From contig NMRA01000034.1 of the NCBI GenBank assembly GCA_002633005.1, positions 345,696-409,695 on the forward strand: 64,000 nt of DNA. The letters are read 5' to 3'. Both the position numbers and the translations under genes were made by a program. Below, in pieces: positions 1-11,615 of the stretch (position 1 is the stretch's first letter; each line of letters begins with the position of its first letter). A model generated the notes under the pieces. That model searched no databases, was not told the DNA's origin, and worked only from the letters and a program-made list of their open reading frames with translations. This stretch comes from Phoronis australis (Eukaryota; Animalia; Phoronida).

Positions 1-1220
1 CCCCACCCTCTCAACCCCCCTACATGACCGTCACCATCTCCAATTTCAAACACCACCATTCCGCCCCTGTTACTCTTCACATCCCTTCCTCTCCGTCTCC
101 GTACTGTCCTGTTGCCCACCTCCGGACCTACCTGGCCTTGTCCCCCTGTTCGTCCGGCCCCCTTTTCCGCCTCGCCGACTCCTCCCCCGTCACACGTTCC
201 TTCTTTACCCACCAGCTCCATGCCGTTATAAACTCTGCCTCCCTTGACCACTCCTTCTACAAGTCTCACAGTTTCCGCATCGGAGCCGCCACCTCGGCCG
301 CCGCTCGTGGCCTCCCGGAGCCTGTCATCCAACGCATGGGCCGCTGGAAGTCCGACGCTGTCAAGGGATACATCCGCATGTCAGTTTTCCCCCCACCTCG
401 TCCCTAATTTCCCCCTTCCTCTTGTCTCTCCTTTCCCCAGGCCAGCCACCCGTTATCTCCCATTGGTGTCAGTATTGCCTGCACCTCCCTCGCTAGTGTC
501 CCTTTGCCTGCCCCCTCCCCATCCACTCCGTCCCCTTCGTTCCGTATCTCGTTAGTCTCATTTGTAGGTTATTTTGTATTTTATATTTTCTTCCACCCTG
601 TTAGCCATTTTGTTAGGCCTTGGCCTATATTTTGTGTTTCATTTATTCTTAACTTGTTACTCTACATTTATATCCGACTATTGTTAGCCTTATTTCTCTT
701 ATATTAGCTAATTTGTTAGCCATTTTTGATTTGCCCTTAGCTTTATTTCTTATATTTTTCTCTCATGTCCTTTTAATTTTGCGTACTGCCCTTTCTTCCT
801 CTAGCTTACCTGTTCGTGTATTGCATTTATGTTCGTTTTTTCTCCCTTGTTTTTCCTCATTTATCTATTTTCTTCCCGCCATGACACGGGGTGAGACAAC
901 ACCGGCACCTGTTCCAGCCCTGGAAATCGTACCTCCCTCTCCGGTTTGGCACCCGGAGTTAGGGTTGGGTATCCGGCTGACAGCATTTGTAAGTAGTCCT
1001 GCACCCCTTTTCTTTTCATTTCTCTCCCTTCGTGCGTCCCTGCGGATGGGCATGAGCTGTCTTACAACATCTCTGTGGCGCTTTTTATTGCCCATCTTAC
1101 CAGAGATTACCTATTATACGTTATTTACCTGTATTCATTTTATTGTACTAGTCATAATAAATGACCTTATATCGCCTACATCAGTCTCCTTTTCATATCT
1201 GGTAACGAGCTTGCGACGCA
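1..1220 (+). mobile_element. 3' part of a tyrosine-recombinase retrotransposon (DIRS/Ngaro-like), running off the left edge of the window
   Basis: The ORF at 24..407 carries the YR catalytic motifs. A pyrimidine-rich 3' region follows, with a GC-rich block at about 880-1010 and AATAAA near 1156. The right boundary is approximate. Confidence 0.8.
24..407 (+). CDS. Tyrosine recombinase C-terminal catalytic region (partial)
   Basis: CPVAHL...GPLF...SHSFRIGAATSAA...MGRWKSDAVKGYIR contains H-x-x-R, the GRW motif and the catalytic Tyr typical of DIRS-group YRs. Confidence 0.9.
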   Translation: MTVTISNFKHHHSAPVTLHIPSSPSPYCPVAHLRTYLALSPCSSGPLFRLADSSPVTRSFFTHQLHAVINSASLDHSFYKSHSFRIGAATSAAARGLPEPVIQRMGRWKSDAVKGYIRMSVFPPPRP

Positions 1221-1500
1221 CGTATCATTTACCTATTATCCGGGACATATGTCGATCATAAAGATTGCTCTGGTGTTCAGATCCTAGACAAGGCTGAATG
1301 CCACCCTCAGGCTCCAGTCCTCATAAAGAAAGCTATGCATATACGGTTGAACCATGCTGAGCGTTATCTCAATAGTTCATTGGTTCATTTGAGCTCCAAC
1401 TGTTTTGATTTCTGGTCTCCCCCCCGCATTATGCATTTTGACGTGTACCTGTACAGTCTCTTCTCTACCTGTGTCGCCTGTTTTGAGTCTGTGAACTGTT

Positions 1501-1540
1501 TCCTTGACAATGGTTTAGAGTAATAAACCGAAACGTTGGA
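1501..1540 (+). ncRNA. Minimal hammerhead-ribozyme-like motif of Penelope-like element pseudo-LTRs (variant core)
   Basis: The sequence reads ccTTGACAAT-ggttta-gagtaa-taaacc-GAAACGTTgga. A stem II hairpin is flanked by a CUGANGA-like box and GAAA, followed by the palindrome AACGTT. Confidence 0.55.
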
Positions 1541-1689
1541 TAGATATGTAGTTATTCACTTACGCTCTAATTTTAAAGTTTGTGCTTCTGTTCTGGCCTA
1601 AATCAAACTGGAAAATTCAGAGATGGACTCACAATTAACTGACTTCTATGTATTTTCGATACTTCGTTTAAGCACAAAATATAAAGACA

Positions 1690-2043
1690 GCAACCCTAAC
1701 CGGTAAGAAAAAAGCAAGTAGACGGAAACATTAAAATAAAGTAATGAAAACATGCATGAAACATATTTAAACACAACTTTCCTTTAGGAAGTGGCCCTTT
1801 GTCAAGATCAACGCTAATTAACTTTTTAGTTTGTTTGTAATATTTAAAATGCACCAAGTTAAAACTGCTCTTCATATTGCATGCTTTAACTCTGTGCAAA
1901 TGCCATAGAAAAACAATTTGGGTGTAATAACAACCACCATTGTTAAGAAAGTAGTGCTAGCTATTACCTTTCCATTAGCTCAGATCTACATCAATACAAA
2001 GAGCGGGCTGAATTGAGATAAAAAAAGTTGTCTGGAGCTTAGG
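1690..2043. repeat. Dispersed diverged repeat, copy 1 (second copy at about 43320-43650)
   Basis: Colinear shared blocks in both places include ccggtaagaaaaaa, atgaaacatat, ggaagtg(g)ccctttgt, accattgtt, tattacctttcca, cattagctca.atctacatcaatacaa and aaaagttgtctgg.gct.agg. Confidence 0.8.
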
Positions 2044-2849
2044 AAAGCAGCCACCTGTAGAACAAATGAAGTCTCAAACAACGGAGGAAGAATAAAAATT
2101 CTCATTGAATAATTTGAAATAATCTCATACACACTGAATAGTGGACTATGGCACAACCTAACTTTAGAGAACCCGTTTGATGCCTATTATTCAGTGGAGA
2201 AACTAGTTCTCAAAATGCCCCACATCTGACTGCTAACCCTGTGTCTTATCCATGTGCAACTCACAATTTTCAACCTGTTACATCTTGAGTACAAATACAA
2301 ATTTTGACATACATATTTTACAAATATTAGTCTTTATTATTTAGAAAGACAATGATGCAATACAAATAATTAAAAGCACACAACTAAATGAATGGCAAGT
2401 CATTGGGTAACGTGTTATTGAATAGGTGTAGCTTATAATTGAATGCCCTCTTACTGGCATCTCAAATAAAGTTAAACTTGTTTTTATTGAACAACATTCC
2501 TTTCCTTGTTCTGTGGATGTTGCTAAAGAGGGCTTCGAATTATGCATTCAGCAGCGATCACTCAAAACAACCAACCACCTTCCAAATGAACAACCCATCC
2601 CCTCAGAACAGATGTATTTTTATCCTAAAATATAGTTACAAATAATTTACACCAAAACAACTACAACACTGAGTACTGAGAATGGATGTTGATTGTTCTC
2701 AAATATTTACTGCTACTTGATGCAGAATATGTTAAAAAACATCAGTTGTGTTGTTGTCAACACTTTCCAACATTTGAGCAATTTGGAAATAAAGTGGCAT
2801 TTAAACTGATGCGAAAATGATAAATAAGACCAGTAGGTGACACAGAATA

Positions 2850-4670
2850 CAACTTATCCAAGTGAAAATAAAATAAGTACTGTAATCAATTGAAAATCAA
2901 GCTTTACAATGATTGGTGAAATACCTGTAGATAAACAGTAATTATTAAAAAACATTTTGTTGATGTTTAGTATTAAGCCCTGAATTCTTAACCCAAGTCC
3001 ATTGGAGTTTGAAACATCACCATGTTCATTATGTAGTTCTTGAGTCATTTGAATCGGCAACTCTAGGTGTGCTGCCATGTTGGAGTTAGAAGCCTGATAG
3101 ATTGAAGCCAGAATTTTATGTATCTTTTAATCAATATCATCTGTCACGTTGAATGGATGGTTGAATTCCCTCATTTGGGTCCTTACATTCTAAGTTACAT
3201 ACGGAACAGAAGAAATGTTTCAGACTTGTTTTTGGTCTATACTTTGACAGTTTAGAGGAAAGTTTATGCTTTGCAATATTCGCCAAACCAGGTTTCTTGG
3301 AATTCGACAAGTCTTGTAGTTTTTTAATTGGAAAGTGAGACATTTGAGACAAACAAGCATCTTTATCCTCAAAATTTAATGTAGAAGATGTGATGAAATG
3401 CTCTTTGAGATGGTTGCAGAATTCTTGGAGATTTTTGAAAATACAATTCACTCCTTTACATCAATACATAAATCTTCGCTTCCTATGATTGGACTGAATG
3501 CGTTTGCTCAGGCTATACCCTCATTAGTAAAACAGAACGGTGTAATTCGGAAAGCATGCTTGGCACTGAATCATTACACAAAGTTTTTTTGTAAATTTTG
3601 ACTCTCATTTTGTGGATGGGTGTTTGAGATAGGAAGACAAGTAACCTTGAATATGAGGCACAGTACTCATGTACAATTCATATAATTTGTTTTGTCCGTT
3701 TCCTGGTTTTTGAATGATAAAACAACATACAGATGTTTAAAAAAGTATGGTTTCCCTATAACAATAAATGACAGACAAGTGCAAGTGCACAGATGATATT
3801 TACAAATATTGTGACCAGCAAGCAGCACGTAATACTCTGCAGGGATGTAAAATTTGGTCTTTTCTCTGTTAATTTGGAGCAGCATTCCTACCAGGTCCTT
3901 ATTGGTTCTATTAGCTGGAGCATATGCAGTATATTCATGTTCGGAAATGCTAGTTTGTAACACAGAAGGACTGAAAGTAGAAAGCGTGAGTGAATTATTC
4001 TCAAAAGACAATGGATGGAAATCCATCATCTGTCCACATGTAACATTTGCCATCCTTTTCTAAAGTTTCACTCACACTCGCTTTCATGAACCGATGTAGA
4101 ATACAGTTCACGAATCAAACAGTTTGGTATCGACATGGGTTAGCAGCACAGTTGATATGCAGACATGATTGGTGCATCTCGAACGTGAAGGGAGACCATT
4201 TTCACGTGTTAGTACCAAGCAGGACTTTTGTAAAATACAGTCAACATCAAAGAGAAGCTGCAAACAAAAAGACTATTCCAAATCATTTGAACAGCAACTG
4301 GATGAAAAATACATTGTACTCACAATGTAAACACCAACAAAAATATGATGAATTGTGGAATGCAACCCACACCTTACACAGGCAAAACATCCAGGTGCTT
4401 TCCCCATCAAAACCATTTGCAATACATATTACGCAGTCATACAGGACTTTCATGTAACTCAAGGTACATGAAGAAATACCCAGACAAAAGTTGGGGAAGG
4501 CAGTATCTATTGAAACATGCTGTGTAATCCACGTAGTGTAAGTTGCCGTCTGTCAATGTCACCTTCCTAACCAGTGGCTCCGCATGGTCTGTGTTGTTCG
4601 TATGTGCTGCAGCTGCATGCCTTTTAAAATGTAGGTGAAGAAACGGACTATGCAAACTAGGACACACAAT
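2850..4670 (-). pseudogene. Heavily decayed transposase-like coding relic (possibly KDZ/Zisupton-like, with a PHD-like Cys stretch)
   Basis: Minus-strand fragments include GYFFMYLELHESP (like KDZ 'ESP'), LHRF/HES (like DRFH) and CSVCNLEC...SIQRDR (PHD-like start). There are many stops and frameshifts. Confidence 0.3.
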
Positions 4671-7600
4671 CTAAGTAAAATGACACTATCGATTCAAAAC
4701 AAACACAATGTGTGAGTGGGAATACCTCAGGAAACACTAGCAAAAAGAAAAATTGCCTATCAAGAATGTGGGTGAACTGCAATGGAGATTGTGCCAAATA
4801 AGTTATTGAAGCTCTAAGCAAGGAATTGATCAGATGCATGTGGCAGTGAGCCACTAGTGCATTATATGTTATCGTACATACTTATGAATACAAAATAACT
4901 ATATCCTATCTTGAATTCACTATGAAGAAGGACATTTCAGATTAAATGAGGATTAGGATGAGCATGACATTTGTGTAAGCAGACCCAGAGCAGTCAAGTT
5001 GTACAGGGAAGGTTTTGTACAGGAAAGTCATTGTGTACACTGAGTTGTAGTTGCCACATCTACTCTTTCATTTCATCTAGGGTACACACATCAAAGTTTA
5101 TTTCAAAGTCTTCAAGAAATGTCTTGGTAGTGATTTTATTCCACTAGAGATGGAATGTGGATCTACTGTGAAATACATACTTTCCAGAATTTGAATCTGA
5201 TTTGATGTTGTGTTTCATGATCGCACTCACGTGTATATGGAATAATGCAGGTTATTAGCAAAAAGAGAACCCACACCAGATGAAGGAGTTAACTGAAAGC
5301 AAGAAGTTTAAGGATAGGCACAATATGCAGTGTAGTATACTTAAACATTAGCAGGTATTCATTCGGTCACACACAAATTTACCTGACTGTCAGCTGTAAA
5401 ATGAACGAACACTTATATGTTATTAGTCAGTATTTGCTGCATTGACCAATTATCACCAAAACACCGTACCTCTACATGACACGTACTAACAAATGCAGTG
5501 TACCTGATCGATTTAATGACAACGTGTAGGTGAAAATCGAATTTCATTATACATCTGGTTTCCTCAAAGTTCATTTCTTGTATGATACTAAATTATAAAT
5601 GTAACCAATGTTTCTATGACGAACAAATAATATTTAACAAAATTTGCAACATTGTAACTGTGAAAGCCATTAAGTATTCCAAGCTATAGCAAAAAACTAA
5701 TGATTATTTTTCCCTTTGTTATCAAAACATAAGACATAAAAGTCTCCCAAATAATACTAGAAGCATGAGTAGACTATTATGTTTTTCAATCAGCTGCTAA
5801 TGTATTCTTCACAACTCTGTCAATGTAACAGTTGCGACAACTCTCAAATATTACCTTAAAGCTCAAGCTCATATGTGTGCTCTCTCTGTTGGTAGATGAG
5901 CAACCTCATCCTGGCTCTGTACTATTATAGTATACATGTAAATATTTGTATATAGTCCCATTGTCAGAAACTATCGCTTGTCCTATTATTAAGTAGTTGT
6001 ATCTTGAACCCAAATTTAAATAAATTTTACAAACGATAGTCCACTGCTATCAAAAATTCCTGTACAATCTGTGTGTGGACTGTAAAATACTGTGGCCAAC
6101 TAAGTCATGCACAGTCATCACTGAGAGACTGCCAGTTCCTTACAAGATAAAAAAGCAGGCAATAAGTGGCCTAAATCACAATTTAGATTTTTCAACAAAC
6201 CCCAGACTTGGTAAGTGTAGGTATAGGTAAAGCATAAATTATAAATCATGGTGTGGGTAGATACAACAAAAGAGACATTAGCACAAGTGTACTTACAGAT
6301 AGAAAATACGTGTTTAGAGAATTATTTACAGAGAGGTACATATACAAGAAGATATACATGCAAAAATATACATTACTATGTATACAAGGTCAGCTGCGAA
6401 ATCTGCCTGCTTTTCTTTTGAATTGAAGTGACTATTTTAATCTAAATTTGATGTTTGATGGTATTTCAAGAGTGTAATGACTTATAACATAGATTAAATT
6501 TAATCTCTGCTTACAAGTGCCAACAGTGTTCACCACCACATTGTATAAAATGTGATTTATCTAGTTCAAATAACATGTCCACTTATCTTAAACGGGAAAG
6601 CAACCGTTTTAATGTTATTTTTTAGAAAAAAATAGGAATCACTGATAATCCTGAAAAGATATTTGTGGCATAAATCACTGTTCCCTTGGCATGAAATTGT
6701 TATCCATAGAACAATAGGAAGTGACGTGAACGGCCCAGCAAAACGTCCGCATTCACTTCCATTGTGACATCTGGGAGTCATTGTTAGACAAAAAACTATA
6801 TTAATACTGTGCATTTTGCCAGAATCCTTTTAGAACACACCTGCAGCGGTAGAACATGAAATTGTATTCTCTACTCAGTTTAAGACAATAAATGGACAAA
6901 ATTAATTTAGGCCAAGGAAACAGTCAGATTTTACCAAGCCACTTCCAAAACTCGTGCAACGTCAGCGCGAGAAGTAAAAAATATAGGAACAGCAGCCGCA
7001 TAAGCAAGTCGTACACCCGTACACGGTGACTGTTTCTGTGGCGATGTCCACATCGGGTTATCATTCATGTAAATGGCCAATGTTACCAGTGTACATCCGC
7101 ATTTATTTAACCTCATTGCTGAAAGGACCTTCAGGGTAGCCCAAAACGTCATATTTTAACAAATATTGTGGAAGCTTCTCCAAGAAAAGTGTTGTTCTTG
7201 CTTATACGTCGTTCCTGTAGCACTTCATTGACTTCTAGAGTACCACTGATGACAGCCAGGGTTTAATTGAACTATGAACACGCGCTCCGTCTAAGAAACT
7301 AACTTGTGATAGACCACTCAATTCTATGACATTGTTAGCAACTCGTTCCTTACTGAGATGAGACGTGATTTTTGGTCTTGCATAGAATTGACAATTCAAG
7401 CTTGGTGGCGGGTGATGCTTATGCTCGGTGAATACAATGACACGCGCTGATATGTCAACTTACAGAGCCTGGTCTCAAACAATTACGAAATAAAAGTTAT
7501 TTCCAAGTCCAAATGACATCTATGTCACCTAAAGTGAGAGTAATTGCGTGACGGCAAATGGTCTAAAGTTGATTTTATGACGGTGGATGTGTTGATAACC

Positions 7601-7686
7601 ACGGCAAAATAATTGACTAGGGTCGTATTTGAGGAAAGGGGGACTAATTTTCAAGAATTCTGTAGTTTTGAATCTTGTGTTGAGGC

Positions 7687-9931
7687 ATGGGGTCTCGAGA
7701 GTTTTGCCATCCATCTAAAGTCGAAGGTCCCATATCCTTGGGATTTTTAAGTATACACGACCGAGGAGGACGTCCCCTTTTGAAGGGCATGTACTCGAGC
7801 GTTATTGCCTACTTTCAGGTTGTTATTACCAACAATGAAACCAAGTGGAAAACTTCATTTCCTTTTTACGACTGGGTAGAGTCGGGTGTGACGAAAATGC
7901 CAACGGCCAAAGATGTGTTGCCTTTCCAAGAAACCAATGAAGACCTAAAAAGCCTTCGCGGTGAGGAAGTCCGCCGAAGAGAGGAAATGTATCTATCCAG
8001 CCAAGGGAACGATTCTCTGCCCGGTTTTACTGGAATTGAACAGCACGAAAACCTGCCCAGATTCGTTCAGTTTCACGATGCAAAAGCCTCACGACTTCAA
8101 GGTAATGCCATCTTACAATCTGTATGAGTGGTGCGTTACAGAAAGGTCGAGATAAGCTACCCTGGTCTATCACAGAACCTCCTTTCTGCAATAGAACTTT
8201 TAATGAATAGCAAGAACCGACGCGTGTGCTTCCTAGATTATGGATTTGTAGGATTTGAGTCCAGAATCAAGGAAGTGCCACCAAGGCGATCGTCTGACCT
8301 GTAAGCTGGCAGACGATATTTGATAGATGCTACCTGTTCATTCATGTGTCTATCAAAAACTGAACTTGTGGTTGCTTAGAATGCTACCGAAATGAGGTGA
8401 GCACTGCTCGAGATAACAGTCCTCTGTGTATATGGTGCAAAAGGTGCAATAAAGCACACACTTTTTTTACAAAACTATTGTAGTCTGTGTGTATATTACA
8501 TAACACCATGTGTTGACTTGAGCAGTGGAGTGGTTTTTTAGGCTGGGGTCGTTTTGCTCAGAAATTACACCAGGACTTGAGAAATGTATAAAAACGCTCT
8601 GTGCTGTTCTTTCAAAATTTAGGGTAACATGTCTTATGAAAAAATTACAACGGTTTGGATTTATCACTGGTTTTATATTTTAAAGTTTTAACTCACTTTT
8701 TCAAAATTTTGCACCAGCGGCTCTCTGCGTTTAATTAAAAAAGTTTTAGACGAGGATGCATGTACATGTAACTTCGTTTGGAAGACCTTCCTTGCGTTTC
8801 ACTGACAACGGAAATCTGATGATTTTCTACATATTTAGGATTTTCTCTTCTGAGGAGAAAGAATTTCATCAGTTTTACGTGGACAGATGGGACGACAGTA
8901 TTCGGCAACTTGTTTCTGAGTGGACCTAACCCCGTTCTGATCAGGAAATGTTCCAAACTTCCTGATAACTTCCATGTAACGGACGAAACAGTCAATGCAT
9001 CTTTGCAACCCAGTCTCACACTTATGAAGCAGAAATGCAGGTATTTGTCGGTGTAAAAGGGGTACCAGAGCTATCGTAAGTGGATCGATAGCTGGAACAT
9101 AGGTTCTTGAATAATTCCAGGACTGCTATTTGTCACAAATAATGCTTTCTTTGAATGCTGACTTCCCAATAAAACCGAGAGACAAAGTTACATAAAACGT
9201 TGTGCGGTACTTAACAATGCGGCTGTGGTTCGTGCACTCCGCAAAATGTTCTAATGTCAGCAAGGCTGCAACCAGTCCAGTTCATATCCGTCTGCTAAAC
9301 ACTTTGTAAAAGTTGTGGTGCAAACTAAACAGACACCTGGAAACGGCCTCGAGATCTTTGAATAATTGCTGGACGTCCACCCTCGTTTACTTCGAACTCG
9401 TGGAACTACTAAAATCTTCGTGGCTTTGGTGGTTTAAGTTTGAGTACTTATATGTATTTAGAGTGGCGCCGTGGTCTATATTTTTAGGAAAGACATGTCT
9501 ATATTCTAAACTAGGAAGATTCGGTTGGCCTTGGAAGATATAGGACAGGAGAAGACGTCCGTCATTGTGCCAATGCCATGATTCTCCTCTACGTGCTCCC
9601 TTCCTGTCATCTGATGCCCACTGCCATCAAGCTGGACCAGGACAACGGACCGATATGCAACCCAGAGGACGGTCTTGGATGGACCATGGCCAAGCTGTAT
9701 GCAAAAATGCCGATTTTCAGATCCACCAAATGGGAACGCATCTTATGGGAACTCAATTCGTAGCAGAAGCGGTAGCAATAACTTTGCTTCACAACATCCC
9801 TTGTGTCCATCCTACATGTATATGCAAGCTTATTATACCGCATACTCGCCAAACAATTGCCATCAACACCGTTGGTAGGCTAAAACTGGTTGGACCAGGT
9901 GGCGTCGGAGACCAGACTCTTTCAATTGCTG
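7687..9931 (+). pseudogene. Lipoxygenase (PLAT + LOX catalytic domain; animal arachidonate LOX / coral 8R-LOX-like), fragmentary and frameshifted
   Basis: 7687-8101 reads FPFYDWV...LPFQE..LKSLRGEEVRRREEMY...LPGF...HENLPRFVQF, the PLAT-catalytic junction, with a donor gtaatg at 8102. About 9578-9931 reads LLYV..HLMPTAIKLDQDNGPI..PED..WTMAKL / KNADFQIHQMGTHLMGTQFVAE...HP..CKLIIPHTRQTIAINTVGRLKLVGPGGVGDQTLS. There is a frameshift in the A-run near 9703 and no C-terminal exons are seen. Confidence 0.85.
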
Positions 9932-10187
9932 GTATTTGACGAAATGCTGACATTTTAGGTATTGCTATTTAAAATTTCAGTCACAATGAAAGCTCGTACC
10001 GCGCTATCTCGTCTTCTTTCTTTCTTATGGAACATTTGCCATTTGTTATACGAACGTCTTTGCGATTATTTTTTATTCCCTCTTAACCAACCCTAGAACG
10101 AAATTTGGTGACTAGAAAACTCGGTTGTTAAAAAGTGATTTTATACAACCATCAGTCTGTTGACACGTGGTAAAAAGAGGTTATTTA

Positions 10188-10460
10188 TCGGGTGTAGTGA
10201 TTTTAGATCGCAATGATTATGTCAATTCTTTGAATGAAATTTTGAGTGATGTATCGAAGTTTAGACGTGTCAAAGCAGATCCTACACTAACTAGAGAAGG
10301 ACAGCTGCAGAGGTTTTTACGCAAAATTAAGAATGATAGTCGTTTAGATACTGAAACGTACAACTATTTGTATCCACAAGGTTCACAGCCAGGTAGACTA
10401 TATGGCCTACCAAAAATACACAAACAGACAGAGGATTCCATCCCTCCATTTAGACCTATT
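10188..10460 (+). mobile_element. Penelope-like retroelement RT, N-terminal fragment
   Basis: GVVILDRNDY...DPT...GRLYGLPKIHK...PFRPI are PLE RT motifs. The fragment joins 13330 in frame (RPI|VSS) once the insert is removed. Confidence 0.9.
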
Positions 10461-10844
10461 CAGCCGATTTCATAAAGGTGGTTTAAAGTTAAACCTGGTT
10501 TAAACTGGACTTAGACCAGGTTTAAAAATAATCTGCATTTCATAAAGGTGGTTTAACTTTTAGACCAGTGGTCTAATAAAACCTGGTTTAACTCCAGTTT
10601 AGACCTGGTCTAAGTTAGTTTTCATTTCACCAATGAGGTATATATTCTTTAGACCTGTATTAAGATCTTAAACCATGTTTAACTTTAGACTTGGTGAGAC
10701 CCAGGTTTAACTGTTAAATATGTCAGACTTGCATGGTATGGGTACAACTGAATGATGCTGCGGAGTGCATTTGCGACGCAGTTTTAGAGCGAAAATGGAC
10801 TATTTTCAATATTCAGTTTTATTGTGACACAAGATCAAACGTAG

Positions 10845-10999
10845 CAGGGGCGGATCCGGGATTTTTAAAGGGGGGGACGGTCAAGGACTTTTTGAAAGAG
10901 AGGCCAAGTCAACAATTTGAAAATTATAGATTTGATATCACTAAAATAATGGGAAAAAAGGGGACTCCGGACCCCTTGACCCCCGTGGATCCGCCTATG
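10845..10999. mobile_element. Small MITE with 5-bp TSD
   Basis: TIRs caggggcggatcc and ggatccgcctatg. CGTAG flanks both sides (10840-10844, 11000-11004). Confidence 0.75.
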
Positions 11000-11615
11000 C
11001 GTAGACCAGTACTTGCTGGAGAGTGTCCTGCAGATTTCTCAGAATACGGGTGGTCGAGCAGGGTGTCATCGTCGTACGCACTACGGATTTGACTAAAGAC
11101 AGCATCTTCTGATTGAGTTCCACCTCCACTGTTCTCCGATATAATATTGCCAGGAAGGGGTCTTACCCCCCCCTTTGGCCGCGGAAAATAAACACTAAAT
11201 GACAAGGAAATAAATTTGGGCATTTAACATGTTAAATCCAATCGGGAGCATGTTCTTTAATGTGTGTGTGTTGGGCACAGAAATTACAGTTTTTCTCATG
11301 AGAAAAGCTTTTAGATGTTTTTCGTAAATGTCTGCACTGATTCTACTAAATTCTACTAGTGTATGCCATTGTATACCCACGTGATCAAGGTTTCATTGAA
11401 GCACTTCAATAGTTTCAAATTCTTTGTTGGGTTTACCCAGCTTTACACAGTGGGGTGCCTTTGATACTTAAAACCTGGTTCTACTGAACCAGCTCCCTGG
11501 TCTAGCAAAACCAGGCTTTCAGACTGTTAAACCATGTTTGTGAAATGCAAGTCAGGTCTAAAATTAGACCAGGTTTAGGAAGACCAGGTTTAAGTCTCAA
11601 ATCTGGTTTTGTTAA

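Noticed and set aside
713-1261. 182-aa hydrophobic ORF
   Set aside because: It arises from the T/C-rich 3' region of the YR retroelement and has no recognisable domain.
8735-9019. ORF with EHF...VVPSV reminiscent of a THAP C-terminus
   Set aside because: The N-terminal cysteines and element termini were not found, so the evidence is too weak to call.
10461-10720. Repeated agaccaggtttaa/aaacctgg motifs resembling a CRISPR or iteron array
   Set aside because: The spacing is irregular, both orientations occur and there are no unique spacers. They are subterminal repeats of the TIR element.
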